This document shows, in pieces, positions 21,137 to 31,625 of a stretch of 64,000 nt of DNA (positions are counted from its first letter, which is position 1; each line of letters begins with the position of its first letter). The stretch lies in the IMG/VR virus record IMGVR_UViG_3300033512_000271. The stretch is one strand, 5' to 3'. The stretch is from an uncultured virus (IMG/VR IMGVR_UViG_3300033512_000271) (lineage: Duplodnaviria > Heunggongvirae > Uroviricota > Caudoviricetes). A program made the translations under genes and the position numbers. Below the pieces are notes generated by a model that did no database searches, was not told where the DNA came from, and saw nothing but the letters and a program-made list of their open reading frames with translations.

Positions 21137-21429
21137 TGATATCATCGATCTACGCAAGCTCCGGTAAATATTTGAAAGTGTCAAGAGCCTATCGAAACTT
21201 GTTGACAGCACTACTTGAAGAACGTTTGGAAGGGAACGAATCACCATTGGAGAAGTTCTCAAAAAACATTTGTGTAGTGCTGCATTCATGTGACCTGGAC
21301 GCTGGGTGGGCTGAAGTGACGTTTAGCGTAAGGGAAAACGTAGATAGGAGTGGCAGACGATATAAAATAATCCCGATCAATCATGACTATTATAGGACGT
21401 GTGTGAAATGGAACCGGAAGAAAAGATAA
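21136..21429 (+). CDS. hypothetical protein
   Basis: TGATG coupling to the upstream gene. Confidence 0.55.
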   Translation: MISSIYASSGKYLKVSRAYRNLLTALLEERLEGNESPLEKFSKNICVVLHSCDLDAGWAEVTFSVRENVDRSGRRYKIIPINHDYYRTCVKWNRKKR

Positions 21430-22310
21430 CGCTTGGTGAGACCAACCTCAAATTGAGGATTTATAGATTAAAGTTTGGATCGTCACCCGCACAGATTAGG
21501 TTGTACGTCTTCTCGATAGTCAGCAATGACCAGAGCCATCTAAACGAAGTGTCAGCACATTTTGTCACGGCTTTAGCATACTCGATAGACTATATGAGAA
21601 AAATACATGGGGTGCGGAGGGACTATGGGGTGGATATTGGTGACATTGTGTTGGACGGCTATCACGAAGTGCCCATCCCTTTTTCACGTGAAGTAAGGGG
21701 TTCTCACGAAGAGTCTGTAGAGTGCCAAATGGGTTGTTACAAGAAGTACACATCAATACTAATTAGTATGCTACAACCAGATGTCCCAGGGTTTTTGATG
21801 GTGGATTATTTTGAAAGCAACGAGTTGTGGGGAAAGTGTAGACTGATAGGGGCTATGCTGAGAAGATTCACACAACCAAATTTCAGTGTCCTGACCTTTG
21901 CAACAGCCCCATTGAAAGGAGTGTCATCTAACTTAGAGGAGATGTCGAAGGCTGTGTTGACCAGGTTTTTACATCCTCCTCCAGAGTTAGAAAGTTGGGA
22001 ATATGTGTCAAAAGTTGGGAAATATGCATGGCTAGGAAAGTTTAGCAATCCTATATTCTACCTATTCTTCTTCATGTTGGTGTATATACCTCTTGATCTA
22101 ATTCGGGTGTTCAGGATTATGGCTGCATTGAAAAGCGAGCCGCCAGACTATCCATCGTTGTTAGATAGACATTCGTTTTTGCGGGAGGTTGTAAAGGATA
22201 AATGTGTGTTTTTGTGGAAGGGTATCCACAGTAACGTAGTCCCTATTAAATCATCAGATAAAAAAAGGAATCATGACGATGCTGACTTATTATTTAGTCA
22301 ATGGCAGTGA
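21408..22310 (+). CDS. hypothetical protein with a C-terminal hydrophobic helix; weak GNAT-like resemblance
   Basis: AGGA SD; IFYLFFFMLVYIPL is a transmembrane-like segment. Confidence 0.6.
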   Translation: MEPEEKITLGETNLKLRIYRLKFGSSPAQIRLYVFSIVSNDQSHLNEVSAHFVTALAYSIDYMRKIHGVRRDYGVDIGDIVLDGYHEVPIPFSREVRGSHEESVECQMGCYKKYTSILISMLQPDVPGFLMVDYFESNELWGKCRLIGAMLRRFTQPNFSVLTFATAPLKGVSSNLEEMSKAVLTRFLHPPPELESWEYVSKVGKYAWLGKFSNPIFYLFFFMLVYIPLDLIRVFRIMAALKSEPPDYPSLLDRHSFLREVVKDKCVFLWKGIHSNVVPIKSSDKKRNHDDADLLFSQWQ

Positions 22311-24756
22311 TGGCAGTTCGGCGGTTGGGGCGTTTAAGACTTTTTTTGGCGTGAAGAATGTGGGTGATGTGTTCCCCAAAAGTTCTGGAAGTGTGAAATT
22401 CAACACTGATTTTCAGATAGAGCGTTTACGAAGACTCATTCTGTTGGTAAATGAGATGTACAAAAACGGACGCCCATTCAACATCTCATTACACAACCCT
22501 CTGCGCAGCGGGATGGATGAGATGTACCAATTGAAGGGTAGTTTTAAAAATCTCTACACTGAACTTCAAAGCAATCCAAACGTAACCCATAGGTTGGATG
22601 TGCTGGCTGAGGAGTTTTTTAAGCCGCTCTTAAATGGTGGCAAGCGGAGTGGAAAGGTGGTAGAACCATGCCATACTGGTAACTCGTTTGTATTAAACCA
22701 CATCTCCAATGTGCTTACAGAAGCACTCGCAGAGGGATACATGTCCTCGGACGTATATGCGTCTTCGGATATTGTGCAAAAGGTCGTTCTCGAAATCAAG
22801 TTGGCGATTGACGCATGCCACGAGGTGATCTGGTATAAACACGCTGTCGACTCATTGTTAGATGTGGCGCAAAAACTCAAGATGTGTTTGAGTGCAAAAG
22901 CATATGAGACCAAGCATGAAATGACAGATGAAGAGACTAGACTGGCGTATGGGCGGATAAATACTACAACCAAGTTTGAGAATCTTGCCACTGGATGTGA
23001 AATTGTACGACATGCTATTAAAACACCCGGCATATTGACAGATGATGAGCTTGGGGTGTTGTTGGGTCTGTACTCGTTTTCTAGCAAGGGTGGGCAGTGG
23101 CGTTCACACGAGTTGATAATGCTAGAATCACTGGCTTCTAAGTTGAAAGATATTTTTGCTCTGTACGGCAGTAATGTTCTAGCCGATCCGTTTAAACACA
23201 TTCGCAACGTCGTTGACACTTTTCTCCCGAATCGCCTGTCAGGGCATAAGGAAAACATACTTCTGGGGGTCAGAAGTGTAGAATTGATGTATGGGTATAC
23301 CCAGTGCACGCCAGTTTCACTAGAGGAGAAAAAGGCTATAGAAGATTACAACGCCTCCTCTCACAAAGATGGGGGTGTGAGATGGGGGAATAAAACTTTC
23401 ATGCCTGTGACAGAAAGAGTCGTGTCGTACATGGGATACCACACGCTTGCAGACATCATTGCACAGAGACCTCAGTCTTCAGAACGTAGATTTGTACTAA
23501 ATGGTCTGACGTCCAAGTACCCATGTGAGTGCTGGGAAGGTAGTCTACAACAGTTTCTCAGAATGGCTGGGAATGCTGGAGAGAAGGTTGTGCCAAATGT
23601 AATTCAGTGTACAGAGAACAAGGATGGCAGTCTAACACCCTTATCTGGACATCATCTTATTGAGCTTGTGCGTGGTGTTTGCGATGGTGGGGCGGATGAT
23701 AATATGACGTCTCCTGGAGCTGGAGGGACAAGCAGATATGTCGATGTGTTTGGAAGTGCATTGGAGAGTTGCTGCCCAATGCACACAAAAATATCTCGGT
23801 GGAATATTGGCAGACAACTCACAGCAATTGTCGGGGAAGTTGTAAAAGAGGGCGCACAGAAGATACGACACACCAACATAATCAAACGTGTGCACCTCTC
23901 TCAAATGTTGGAACGCTCATCAATTCTTGATCTAATTGTGCCAGTAATCGCCACGAAAGTTCCTCAATCAGGCGATGTGAATTTGGTTCAATTCAACAAG
24001 ACAGGCGATGAGGTGACATCATACAACGACATAGATACCACAGACATGTATAGCAAGTATCTGAAATACATCAGGGGAAGTTATGATGGAGGTCAATTAA
24101 TGTTGGAGATGTTGGGTTTCACATCGTCGCTTACTGGTTTGGGTGCTGCGGACACAACTATGAGAGCAAGATTGAAGTCGAGATTTAACGAGTGGCTTGC
24201 CAAAGTCATGGGGAAGTTTGCCAAGGTGTACGAGGATCAAGAGATTCTGCGTATAGACGTGATCAAATCCATTCTGGCGGTTAAAGAGGCTGTCAAGAGA
24301 TTCTCAGTACAGGCGAATCTTTCGGACGACAACGCCGAGATCGTGTACAAGAAACTATTAGTACCTCCACAGGTACGCTATAGTATAGAATCACCAATCA
24401 GACTCATGTCTGCTTCAAGTTGCATTCCACCTCCGTCTAATAATATTGTGGGGGTGGATATATTGACAGTGTACGACTATAAATTAATATCCCTAGTAGT
24501 TGCTATACTGCTCCAACATTTAGAGTTTAACCCAAGCTCTGACACACACAACGAAGAAGACACTGCACGGGAAGTGAACGAGGCATTGGATCGTTTGGGT
24601 GTAGTGCAGGCGATAGTGGACAATATGTCTCCAGTTTATACGTTTGGCGGCACAAAAGGTGGCAAAGGTGGTAAGCTAAGACTGAAGCAGACCCCCATAG
24701 TGACCGTCGACTCATCTGACACAATTTCGTACTTGAGCCACATATTCGATATCTAA
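22273..24756 (+). CDS. large hypothetical protein with a probable degenerate DUF262-like domain
   Basis: PQSSERRFVL, PLSGHHLIELV and VQFNKTGDEVT occur in DUF262 order. Confidence 0.6.
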   Translation: MTMLTYYLVNGSDGSSAVGAFKTFFGVKNVGDVFPKSSGSVKFNTDFQIERLRRLILLVNEMYKNGRPFNISLHNPLRSGMDEMYQLKGSFKNLYTELQSNPNVTHRLDVLAEEFFKPLLNGGKRSGKVVEPCHTGNSFVLNHISNVLTEALAEGYMSSDVYASSDIVQKVVLEIKLAIDACHEVIWYKHAVDSLLDVAQKLKMCLSAKAYETKHEMTDEETRLAYGRINTTTKFENLATGCEIVRHAIKTPGILTDDELGVLLGLYSFSSKGGQWRSHELIMLESLASKLKDIFALYGSNVLADPFKHIRNVVDTFLPNRLSGHKENILLGVRSVELMYGYTQCTPVSLEEKKAIEDYNASSHKDGGVRWGNKTFMPVTERVVSYMGYHTLADIIAQRPQSSERRFVLNGLTSKYPCECWEGSLQQFLRMAGNAGEKVVPNVIQCTENKDGSLTPLSGHHLIELVRGVCDGGADDNMTSPGAGGTSRYVDVFGSALESCCPMHTKISRWNIGRQLTAIVGEVVKEGAQKIRHTNIIKRVHLSQMLERSSILDLIVPVIATKVPQSGDVNLVQFNKTGDEVTSYNDIDTTDMYSKYLKYIRGSYDGGQLMLEMLGFTSSLTGLGAADTTMRARLKSRFNEWLAKVMGKFAKVYEDQEILRIDVIKSILAVKEAVKRFSVQANLSDDNAEIVYKKLLVPPQVRYSIESPIRLMSASSCIPPPSNNIVGVDILTVYDYKLISLVVAILLQHLEFNPSSDTHNEEDTAREVNEALDRLGVVQAIVDNMSPVYTFGGTKGGKGGKLRLKQTPIVTVDSSDTISYLSHIFDI

Positions 24757-24798
24757 CACAAACCAACCCTGCCTAGAGTGGGGGGTCAAGGACGTAAC

Positions 24799-26112
24799 AT
24801 GATTTATCAAAAAGGCGTGCCATTTTCATCAAATTCGATTCCACAGAATGTCAAATTCTTGGACCACATCCTTGCGCAATTTTTTGCAGAACTATGGGTA
24901 CGACATTCAATCGACATAGGGGTGAAGATAACCTCCCCGAAGAAACTGCACATAGTTATTACATCATTCAATGAATGCCCAGATGCGCTTAATAAAGCCT
25001 ATCGCAAGGTGTCAGATGTGAATCCACACGCAAGCGTCTTTACGGTAAGCCTCAGAACTATGCTGCAAGTAGGTTCAGATAAACAAGCAGAATCTATGGC
25101 AATGCTAGGAGTTATTGTGCATGGGTTGAATTTCAATCTGACAAAAGCCGTGCAGAAGGTTGGGGTAAAATCAGAACGTGTGTTATTGGAGTTGAACAAC
25201 GCAGTTCGCACAGCATCGAAAATGATTAGACTTGTTTGGGTAGATGATAAAGAGATGTTCGAGATGCTATCAGTCTATGTGAAATACGTCGTAAGACGCA
25301 CATACGCCCCATTTTGGAACACCATTCTGGTCGAACGGTACATTCATATGTCTGGATTTTTGGGACAGATTGAAAGTGGGCGGGAGAATGTCTCTGAGGA
25401 CATGCGTGGGTTCTTGAACGACTATGATCGTACACTCCTGCGTTGTATGACAGCCAAACTCGTCATGCTGATGACAACACCGCCGAAAATTGAAAGACTG
25501 CAAGGGCTTTTATCCAACACACGCTATGCGCCAGTCGACATCACTACAATGTTTCGTGTGATGGATTTGTGGGGAGAGGAGAAGAATCAGTTCAAAACAA
25601 GATTGCGAACCGCTACATTTAACACATTCACTAAGTACCCGTCAGTGAAGCAGGAGATCGCAGAACACGCCAAGCTGATTGTTAGAAAAGCATCTGTCAC
25701 AGGGAGTGGGGTGCCGGAATTGGCTTTGGCGGCAAGGGTTTCAGAACAAGGAAAAGCCAATCAACTCATTAACGGCGGCAATGAGGTGGTGATTGCCTCA
25801 TTGCTGGCATTAGGACACTATAAGAAGTACAAAAGCTATTACGTCACATTAATATCAACAGCCTTGGTGATCGCCGCCGATTCTTTTTGCACCAGCCATA
25901 CAAAATATGGGGTGCGGTCTAGGTTAGTGCGGCAGTTGCGGAGAATAGTGCAGTCTAAGTCAGTGCTGATATTTGAACAGAGTGGAAAATTCAACACGGC
26001 AACTACGAAAGTACCGCCGATTACTTGCATCGGTGAGTATTATGATTTTGACCTGTTTGAGCTGGGAAGTCGCATCGACCTCAAGGATTTGTTAAAACAA
26101 AAGGTCATTTGA
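24799..26112 (+). CDS. hypothetical protein
   Basis: Long ORF; AAGGA SD before ATG 24799. Confidence 0.65.
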   Translation: MIYQKGVPFSSNSIPQNVKFLDHILAQFFAELWVRHSIDIGVKITSPKKLHIVITSFNECPDALNKAYRKVSDVNPHASVFTVSLRTMLQVGSDKQAESMAMLGVIVHGLNFNLTKAVQKVGVKSERVLLELNNAVRTASKMIRLVWVDDKEMFEMLSVYVKYVVRRTYAPFWNTILVERYIHMSGFLGQIESGRENVSEDMRGFLNDYDRTLLRCMTAKLVMLMTTPPKIERLQGLLSNTRYAPVDITTMFRVMDLWGEEKNQFKTRLRTATFNTFTKYPSVKQEIAEHAKLIVRKASVTGSGVPELALAARVSEQGKANQLINGGNEVVIASLLALGHYKKYKSYYVTLISTALVIAADSFCTSHTKYGVRSRLVRQLRRIVQSKSVLIFEQSGKFNTATTKVPPITCIGEYYDFDLFELGSRIDLKDLLKQKVI

Positions 26113-26813
26113 TGGACACTGATAAAGGGATCATTTTAATTCACAGTTTGGGCAGTTTGCAACCAGGGCTTGCGGCATTGATCTTGGGCAACGTGGTCAG
26201 CCTAGTGACCAACCAAGCCGGTGTTGTGAATATTAGAGCACGGATGATAGAGGGAAGTTCAATCAGTTGTTGGTATAACGAACTATTTGAAGGGCTGTCA
26301 AAAGATGATGCTCATTTAAAGTTTTTGATAAACAGAAATGTAGAGGTCTATCCAAACGAGGTAGACCACGATGAATGTCTCTCGAACAGGGTGCTCAGAG
26401 ACGATTATGAACTTGGGGCACATAAACTACAACTGGCAGGCGGGAGAAGCTGGGCAGAAGGGGTGAGTAGTGGTGCAGTTGATAGATTGTACTGCCGTTT
26501 TATGGCAACCAAAAGAGCCATGCTAGGCTCAGTGGATATAAACGCAGCAACAAGTTTGATACTTCTAGGCAATCCTTCGTTGTTTAATGAGACAGATGAA
26601 TTAACCAAGACATACATGTCCACTGTATGGCGGTACATCGACGGGTTTGGTGTGGACTCTTTTGAATTTGTCGACACATCACCTCTAGGATTGGTCCGTC
26701 GTGGGGTGCCAGCTTCAGCGGTATTTGGGGATAGAATTAGGATAGGGAGGAGAAAGCCTCCCAACAAATGCAAGGATGCTTCAGTGGCGGACGTGTTGCT
26801 ATCAACTAATTAA
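26112..26813 (+). CDS. possible degenerate DnaC/IstB-like AAA+ helicase loader
   Basis: KGIILIHSLGSLQPGLAALI at the Walker A position and SLILLGNP at the Walker B position; two genes upstream of dnaB. Confidence 0.5.
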   Translation: MDTDKGIILIHSLGSLQPGLAALILGNVVSLVTNQAGVVNIRARMIEGSSISCWYNELFEGLSKDDAHLKFLINRNVEVYPNEVDHDECLSNRVLRDDYELGAHKLQLAGGRSWAEGVSSGAVDRLYCRFMATKRAMLGSVDINAATSLILLGNPSLFNETDELTKTYMSTVWRYIDGFGVDSFEFVDTSPLGLVRRGVPASAVFGDRIRIGRRKPPNKCKDASVADVLLSTN

Positions 26814-26824
26814 ATGGGGGAAGT

Positions 26825-27193
26825 ATGTCAGAGAACGAAATCGATTGTATGCATTGGTTTACACAAACTGCCATAAATTATGCAGAAGACAAACCAACAC
26901 CCTGCCATTTTGGTTTTGGCGACGATTGTGGAATCTACATGAATGTGGAAATGGCTGGGCTGCTGGAAAAAATGGTGGCGGCTCTCAGATTTAAGGATAT
27001 GGAAACAGCCACAAAAGCTCACGACGAGATTCGCCACCTCTTATTTGTGCGGTTCGTGGAAAAGTTTTCGTACATGGGTCAGGGATACGCAGAGTGTTTG
27101 GCTAGACAGCATGCGAGTTTGGGACACTGGCACGCAGCCTATGGCATTCGCAGAGTGCTTGAACTCAATAGATTGGTGAAAGTGAGATCATGA
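26825..27193 (+). CDS. hypothetical protein
   Basis: 122-aa ORF with a GGGGG SD-like run. Confidence 0.6.
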   Translation: MSENEIDCMHWFTQTAINYAEDKPTPCHFGFGDDCGIYMNVEMAGLLEKMVAALRFKDMETATKAHDEIRHLLFVRFVEKFSYMGQGYAECLARQHASLGHWHAAYGIRRVLELNRLVKVRS

Positions 27194-27194
27194 C

Positions 27195-28775
27195 GTGAAC
27201 AGTGCCACCCTAACTAAAGCAGTGGTGGGTAGGTTGTTAAAATCTCCCACATTTTTCAATGTCTATGGACCCCAATTAAGGAAATTGGGTAAATTTTCAG
27301 ACAGTGGGATGCAAAAACTGCTTACAGTACTGGACACATACAGAAGGAACGGGGCAACAATCACATCCGAGAACTTTCGTTCAGTCCTGCCGGCAGACAT
27401 TTTGAGAGTCATAACTGGAATTGGGGTAAGCGATGACACTACGCTAGATGATGAAACATTGGTATCGCTGTACCTTCGATCCCAGATGAGTGCTGTGCTA
27501 AATAGATTGACAATTGATGTTCAGGTGAACAACGACTACTTTGGAAAGAAGTGGACAACCCTGATCGATGCCTTTTCTACTGCATCAAAAATATCAGAAA
27601 AAACTCTGACGAGCGACATGTATGGTGGGGAGGCGTATCTTACTCAGTCGGTACAACAAGTTTATAACGAAGCTGCGGCTATGGCTGCCGAGAGAGCTTC
27701 TGGGAGAGGATACACATCAGGCATTCAGGTGTTGGATGAGTGCAAGATAATACCACGAAGACGTGATATATTCTTAGTGATTGGTCACATGAACTCTGGT
27801 AAGTCGTATTTCCTGGATAACATTGCAGTCAAAAATGCAGAGAGGGGTCATGTGGTGATCGTGTATACCCTAGAGATGACGCACGTAGATCGACTGATGC
27901 GCATTGAACAGATGTTGACCACATCAGTTCAAGACTCTGTAGATTTGGTGTATGGGGTTGGTCAACATGAAATCGTCAGTCGGAAGACTAACTGGAGTCT
28001 GCCTAGACATGCATTAAGAAGACGGGCAGTTGAAGGTTATAGTGGGTTCATAAAACTGAAAGGTGCTGTAGAGGGGAAAAGTTTCCTTGGAGTAACTGGC
28101 AGCATGGTGAATGATGATGGTACTGTCAACCAAGATGTTCGTAAACTTTCTGAATTATCTCGAATCCCGTTTCTGGAAAGCGGGGGCGATGTATTTGTAA
28201 AGGCTGGAACAATCGGGGAAACTACAATAGCGGATGTCGCAGAGACTATTCAAAATGTCAGGGCGACAGGCAGAGAAGTGAGCATGGTGATTCTCGACTA
28301 CTCAGCATTAATGAGTTCGGGAAATCGTGACCTTGATCAGAATTACAACGATAGGCTCTCTAAAGTTAGTCTTCAGTTTAAAGACTTAGTGCAGAAGTTC
28401 AATATTGCTGGAGTTAATTGCCATCAAGCGAATGATGAGGCAACTTCTGTCACCAAAAAAGCAGGGTTTGGTGGACAACAGCAGCAAAAGCAGGCGTCTG
28501 TGTACAGTGTGTGTGGCATTAAGTTGCTACGACCGATTATCGCCACCAATCATATCTTCGGGGCAAAGTCATTGGCAAATGATGCTGCTTTAGCGATTGG
28601 ATTAAACACGACCAATCCACCAGGGGACGGGCTTGTTATTAATGAATTGCGGTCAAGAAATAGTGGAAGAAATCAGTCAATGTGGTTTCTGAAACTAGGG
28701 CTTCCTGCAAAATACGTGATCTATGCCAACACAATATACCCGTATGAGGAGAAAGAGGATGGTGATGGAAAGTAG
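27195..28775 (+). CDS. dnaB: DnaB-like replicative (SF4) helicase
   Basis: GHMNSGKS, YTLEM, ILDY, HQAN and RSRN. Confidence 0.88.
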   Translation: MNSATLTKAVVGRLLKSPTFFNVYGPQLRKLGKFSDSGMQKLLTVLDTYRRNGATITSENFRSVLPADILRVITGIGVSDDTTLDDETLVSLYLRSQMSAVLNRLTIDVQVNNDYFGKKWTTLIDAFSTASKISEKTLTSDMYGGEAYLTQSVQQVYNEAAAMAAERASGRGYTSGIQVLDECKIIPRRRDIFLVIGHMNSGKSYFLDNIAVKNAERGHVVIVYTLEMTHVDRLMRIEQMLTTSVQDSVDLVYGVGQHEIVSRKTNWSLPRHALRRRAVEGYSGFIKLKGAVEGKSFLGVTGSMVNDDGTVNQDVRKLSELSRIPFLESGGDVFVKAGTIGETTIADVAETIQNVRATGREVSMVILDYSALMSSGNRDLDQNYNDRLSKVSLQFKDLVQKFNIAGVNCHQANDEATSVTKKAGFGGQQQQKQASVYSVCGIKLLRPIIATNHIFGAKSLANDAALAIGLNTTNPPGDGLVINELRSRNSGRNQSMWFLKLGLPAKYVIYANTIYPYEEKEDGDGK

Positions 28776-29283
28776 AGTGTTTATCCTACACCCGTATGAG
28801 AATAGACATAGACAGTACACACGGTCTGTGTCTAGGCTAAAGTTAGTCACGGTGCTAAACGATGTCCTAGGTGAACAGCAGCCATTCCACATTGTGGGGC
28901 TGTCATTAGATGCCACATTTACAAATACTCCTATGCATAACATGTGGAAATCGTACAAGAGAACATTGGAAACCATTGTTGGGGCGGGAGGTGTGGAATA
29001 CTTAGAACTAGAACGTAGCGATGTTGACTTAGCAGCCCAATCTTACAACAGAGAGATGGGTGCTGTATGGGGCAAATCACTACAGTTGGCTGAACCATTT
29101 TCAATAAACGACAGCCACTTGTTTATTTTATTCACAGCGATGATTGAAAAGTACAAGCCTGAGCACGTTATCGATGTCTGTTTGGGGAAGAAGGATGCAT
29201 ACAGTGATGTGGCACGGGTGCTCAACGCAAGGTTACACGGAGGTGTCAGACTTTCACAGGTGGATTTAAGTAGAATCGCTTAA
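28765..29283 (+). CDS. hypothetical protein, weak YspA/SLOG-like resemblance
   Basis: MIEKYKPEHVI segment; GAGG SD. Confidence 0.55.
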   Translation: MESRVFILHPYENRHRQYTRSVSRLKLVTVLNDVLGEQQPFHIVGLSLDATFTNTPMHNMWKSYKRTLETIVGAGGVEYLELERSDVDLAAQSYNREMGAVWGKSLQLAEPFSINDSHLFILFTAMIEKYKPEHVIDVCLGKKDAYSDVARVLNARLHGGVRLSQVDLSRIA

Positions 29284-29313
29284 CATTCATTTAACTCAAT
29301 TTAGGAGACAGAT

Positions 29314-29784
29314 GTGTCACTCAAGGGATTAACTTTAGAACAGTTTAAAGAAGCATTTCAGAATTTTGACCTGATGTTTACGTTCAACAACCTCGATGGG
29401 GAATGTGTCAATGCTACGGGAATAAGCTCTGTCCTCACAACGATTTTGGATGAGGAGCAGAAGGGATACGAGATGTACTATTTCTCAGAAACACTAAACT
29501 CGCTTTGCGAAATCGTGGAGAGTGGGGGTACTGTTTGCAAAGACGAAGACGGGGACGTGTCTTGCGAAGACTGGGGGCGTAAGGTTTGCAGAAAAAATAC
29601 TGATCCACAAATCATGTATGATGCAGAACACACGCAACAGTTCGTTGACGAGCAGCTCACTCGTGATGAACAGTTTGCCATACTCTTGGAATTTACAGAA
29701 CAGTTCGTCACGGAAGTGTCGATCACGATTGATCTTGAACAGGCGCAAGGATACTTACGTCAAATACAGGTGGAATCGGAATGA
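29314..29784 (+). CDS. acidic hypothetical protein
   Basis: AGGAG SD and GTG start. Confidence 0.7.
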   Translation: MSLKGLTLEQFKEAFQNFDLMFTFNNLDGECVNATGISSVLTTILDEEQKGYEMYYFSETLNSLCEIVESGGTVCKDEDGDVSCEDWGRKVCRKNTDPQIMYDAEHTQQFVDEQLTRDEQFAILLEFTEQFVTEVSITIDLEQAQGYLRQIQVESE

Positions 29785-29942
29785 AACAGATCAAGGTCAT
29801 GGCACGTACAGTCAATGTCGGCTCAGATGTTTTTGACATTATCGAAGTTGAGGATGATGCGATTGAGGAGGGGATGGAAGCCGAAGCTAAAGAAACTGCC
29901 TTCGATAGTTTAATAGAGTGTAATTGGGAAGTGGTCGAATAA
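29781..29942 (+). CDS. small acidic phage protein (53 aa; not in ORF track)
   Basis: MKQIKVMARTVNVGSDVFDIIEVEDDAIEEGMEAEAKETAFDSLIECNWEVVE; ATGA overlap upstream and abuts the next ATG. Confidence 0.7.
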   Translation: MKQIKVMARTVNVGSDVFDIIEVEDDAIEEGMEAEAKETAFDSLIECNWEVVE

Positions 29943-31478
29943 ATGTCATACATCGACTTCATATCCGACCCTGACGCAGTGGACGAAATATTATCGATGG
30001 CTGAGTTTGAAATCAAACCAGATTCACGCAAACAATTAGAAGCCATCGCATATATAGTCTTCAATGCCATACGTGGCGAGTCGACACTACTCGGATTGGG
30101 AACAGGGGCTGGTAAAACGTTCATAGCTTTGACAGCGATGAAAATTTTACGGGGTATTGGTGTGATTGGAAAAAAAACCCTGTTCCTGTTGCCTAACACA
30201 AATGCGACCACAAACATAGTAAAAGAGGTTGTGAAGTTTTACCCAGAACTTAAAGTGTTCAATCTCCGACCTGCTCACGGCATGATGTGTTTTACTGAGG
30301 AGTATGACATTGTCGTGAGTACTTATGCAACGCTATTTCAGTCATCCTCGTTATTGAAGAGTGATGGAAAGGGGAGTGTAGGAGGAAATCTCCTGCTGTT
30401 GCGAGCAGCAGCAGACTACATCGTGGCGGATGAAGTGCACAATTGTGCTGGTCAGGATTCACAAAGATTCGTTGGGATCGACCAAGTTGTAAATGGGGTC
30501 AATCGTACCGACGAAAAGAAATTGATTCTAGCTATGTCTGGAACACTTGTGACAGCAGACAAGAGGTTGGACAACATCTGGGCACCGATGAAGCTGGTTG
30601 ATGGTGGGACTTCTCTGGGGCGGAGGTATATAGACTTTGTAGAGGACACCCGACTGTTTAAGCAGACAGTAATACAGATCGGGAAACCCGGAAAAGGGTG
30701 GCGACCGACCACAAAAAAATACACAGCTAAGAGCGGGACTAAAGCCTATGTTGAAAGAGCTATTAGCGAGTACTTTATCAACTACGATCTTGAAAAAAAG
30801 GAGCGAAGCGGGGGAATGTCGATTCGTAAAATCAACATCGACATGTCATTCAAGGTACAGTATAGGCATATGGAAAGAAGGGAGGTATACACATCACAGT
30901 CTTCTATGGAGTCTAAATCAATAGTTTTACAGCAGTTGATGCAACTAAATTCTGGCTTCATGTATGTTAAAGAACATGGGGTGAATGCGAACAGCTTTTG
31001 TTACCGAGACAGTAATAAAGCTATCTACCTAGAAACCCATATCAGGGAATGGTTATCAGAGACGGAGGGGAAAGTACTTATTTTCCATAACTTCGTTGAA
31101 TGTGGGAATCTAATCGACACGGCGTGCAGGAATGCTGGAGTTGAGGCATTGAGAATGGATTCGAGTATGGGGCAGCAGGAGAAACTGGAGATGCGAGAGG
31201 ATTTCGTGTCGTCTAACACCTGCAGAATATTAATCCTCCCATACAGAATTGGGGCTGAGTCTTTGAATTTCACAAAAACTGGCGAAGGGATAGTGGTGCA
31301 GGGGATCGTGTGCTTCGACGCAATATTTGAGGAGACATTATTTTTCCAGGCACTGGGTAGAGCAGATCGTCTTGGGCAGAAGAGAAAGACGTGGTGTAAG
31401 TTTTTAAGCGGTGGTAACGAGGAGAACAAATGGTTTGATGAAGTAATCTCAAACCTATCGTATTCCCTAGAAACGTAG
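29943..31478 (+). CDS. SNF2-like SF2 helicase
   Basis: GTGAGKT, DEVH, MSGT, VLIF, GAESLN and QALGRADRLGQ. Confidence 0.88.
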   Translation: MSYIDFISDPDAVDEILSMAEFEIKPDSRKQLEAIAYIVFNAIRGESTLLGLGTGAGKTFIALTAMKILRGIGVIGKKTLFLLPNTNATTNIVKEVVKFYPELKVFNLRPAHGMMCFTEEYDIVVSTYATLFQSSSLLKSDGKGSVGGNLLLLRAAADYIVADEVHNCAGQDSQRFVGIDQVVNGVNRTDEKKLILAMSGTLVTADKRLDNIWAPMKLVDGGTSLGRRYIDFVEDTRLFKQTVIQIGKPGKGWRPTTKKYTAKSGTKAYVERAISEYFINYDLEKKERSGGMSIRKINIDMSFKVQYRHMERREVYTSQSSMESKSIVLQQLMQLNSGFMYVKEHGVNANSFCYRDSNKAIYLETHIREWLSETEGKVLIFHNFVECGNLIDTACRNAGVEALRMDSSMGQQEKLEMREDFVSSNTCRILILPYRIGAESLNFTKTGEGIVVQGIVCFDAIFEETLFFQALGRADRLGQKRKTWCKFLSGGNEENKWFDEVISNLSYSLET

Positions 31479-31491
31479 ATTTGGTGTGCAA

Positions 31492-31623
31492 ATGAGTATT
31501 GAGTTATTGGCTGTGGAAGGGTCTTATCTGGGGACGGTGCTTGTAGCCACTCTCAGTGATGTGTTTCGTGCTGGATTTCCCCAAACTCACATTTTGGAAT
31601 TGAGACAGAAACCTAGAGGTTGA
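31492..31623 (+). CDS. possible 43-aa protein
   Basis: Short open frame filling the gap between the helicase and the polymerase. Confidence 0.35.
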   Translation: MSIELLAVEGSYLGTVLVATLSDVFRAGFPQTHILELRQKPRG

Positions 31624-31625
31624 AT

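Noticed and set aside
30168..30180. A8 run in the SNF2 helicase as a slippage site
   Set aside because: It lies early in the gene with no evident stimulator, and the product would be non-functional.
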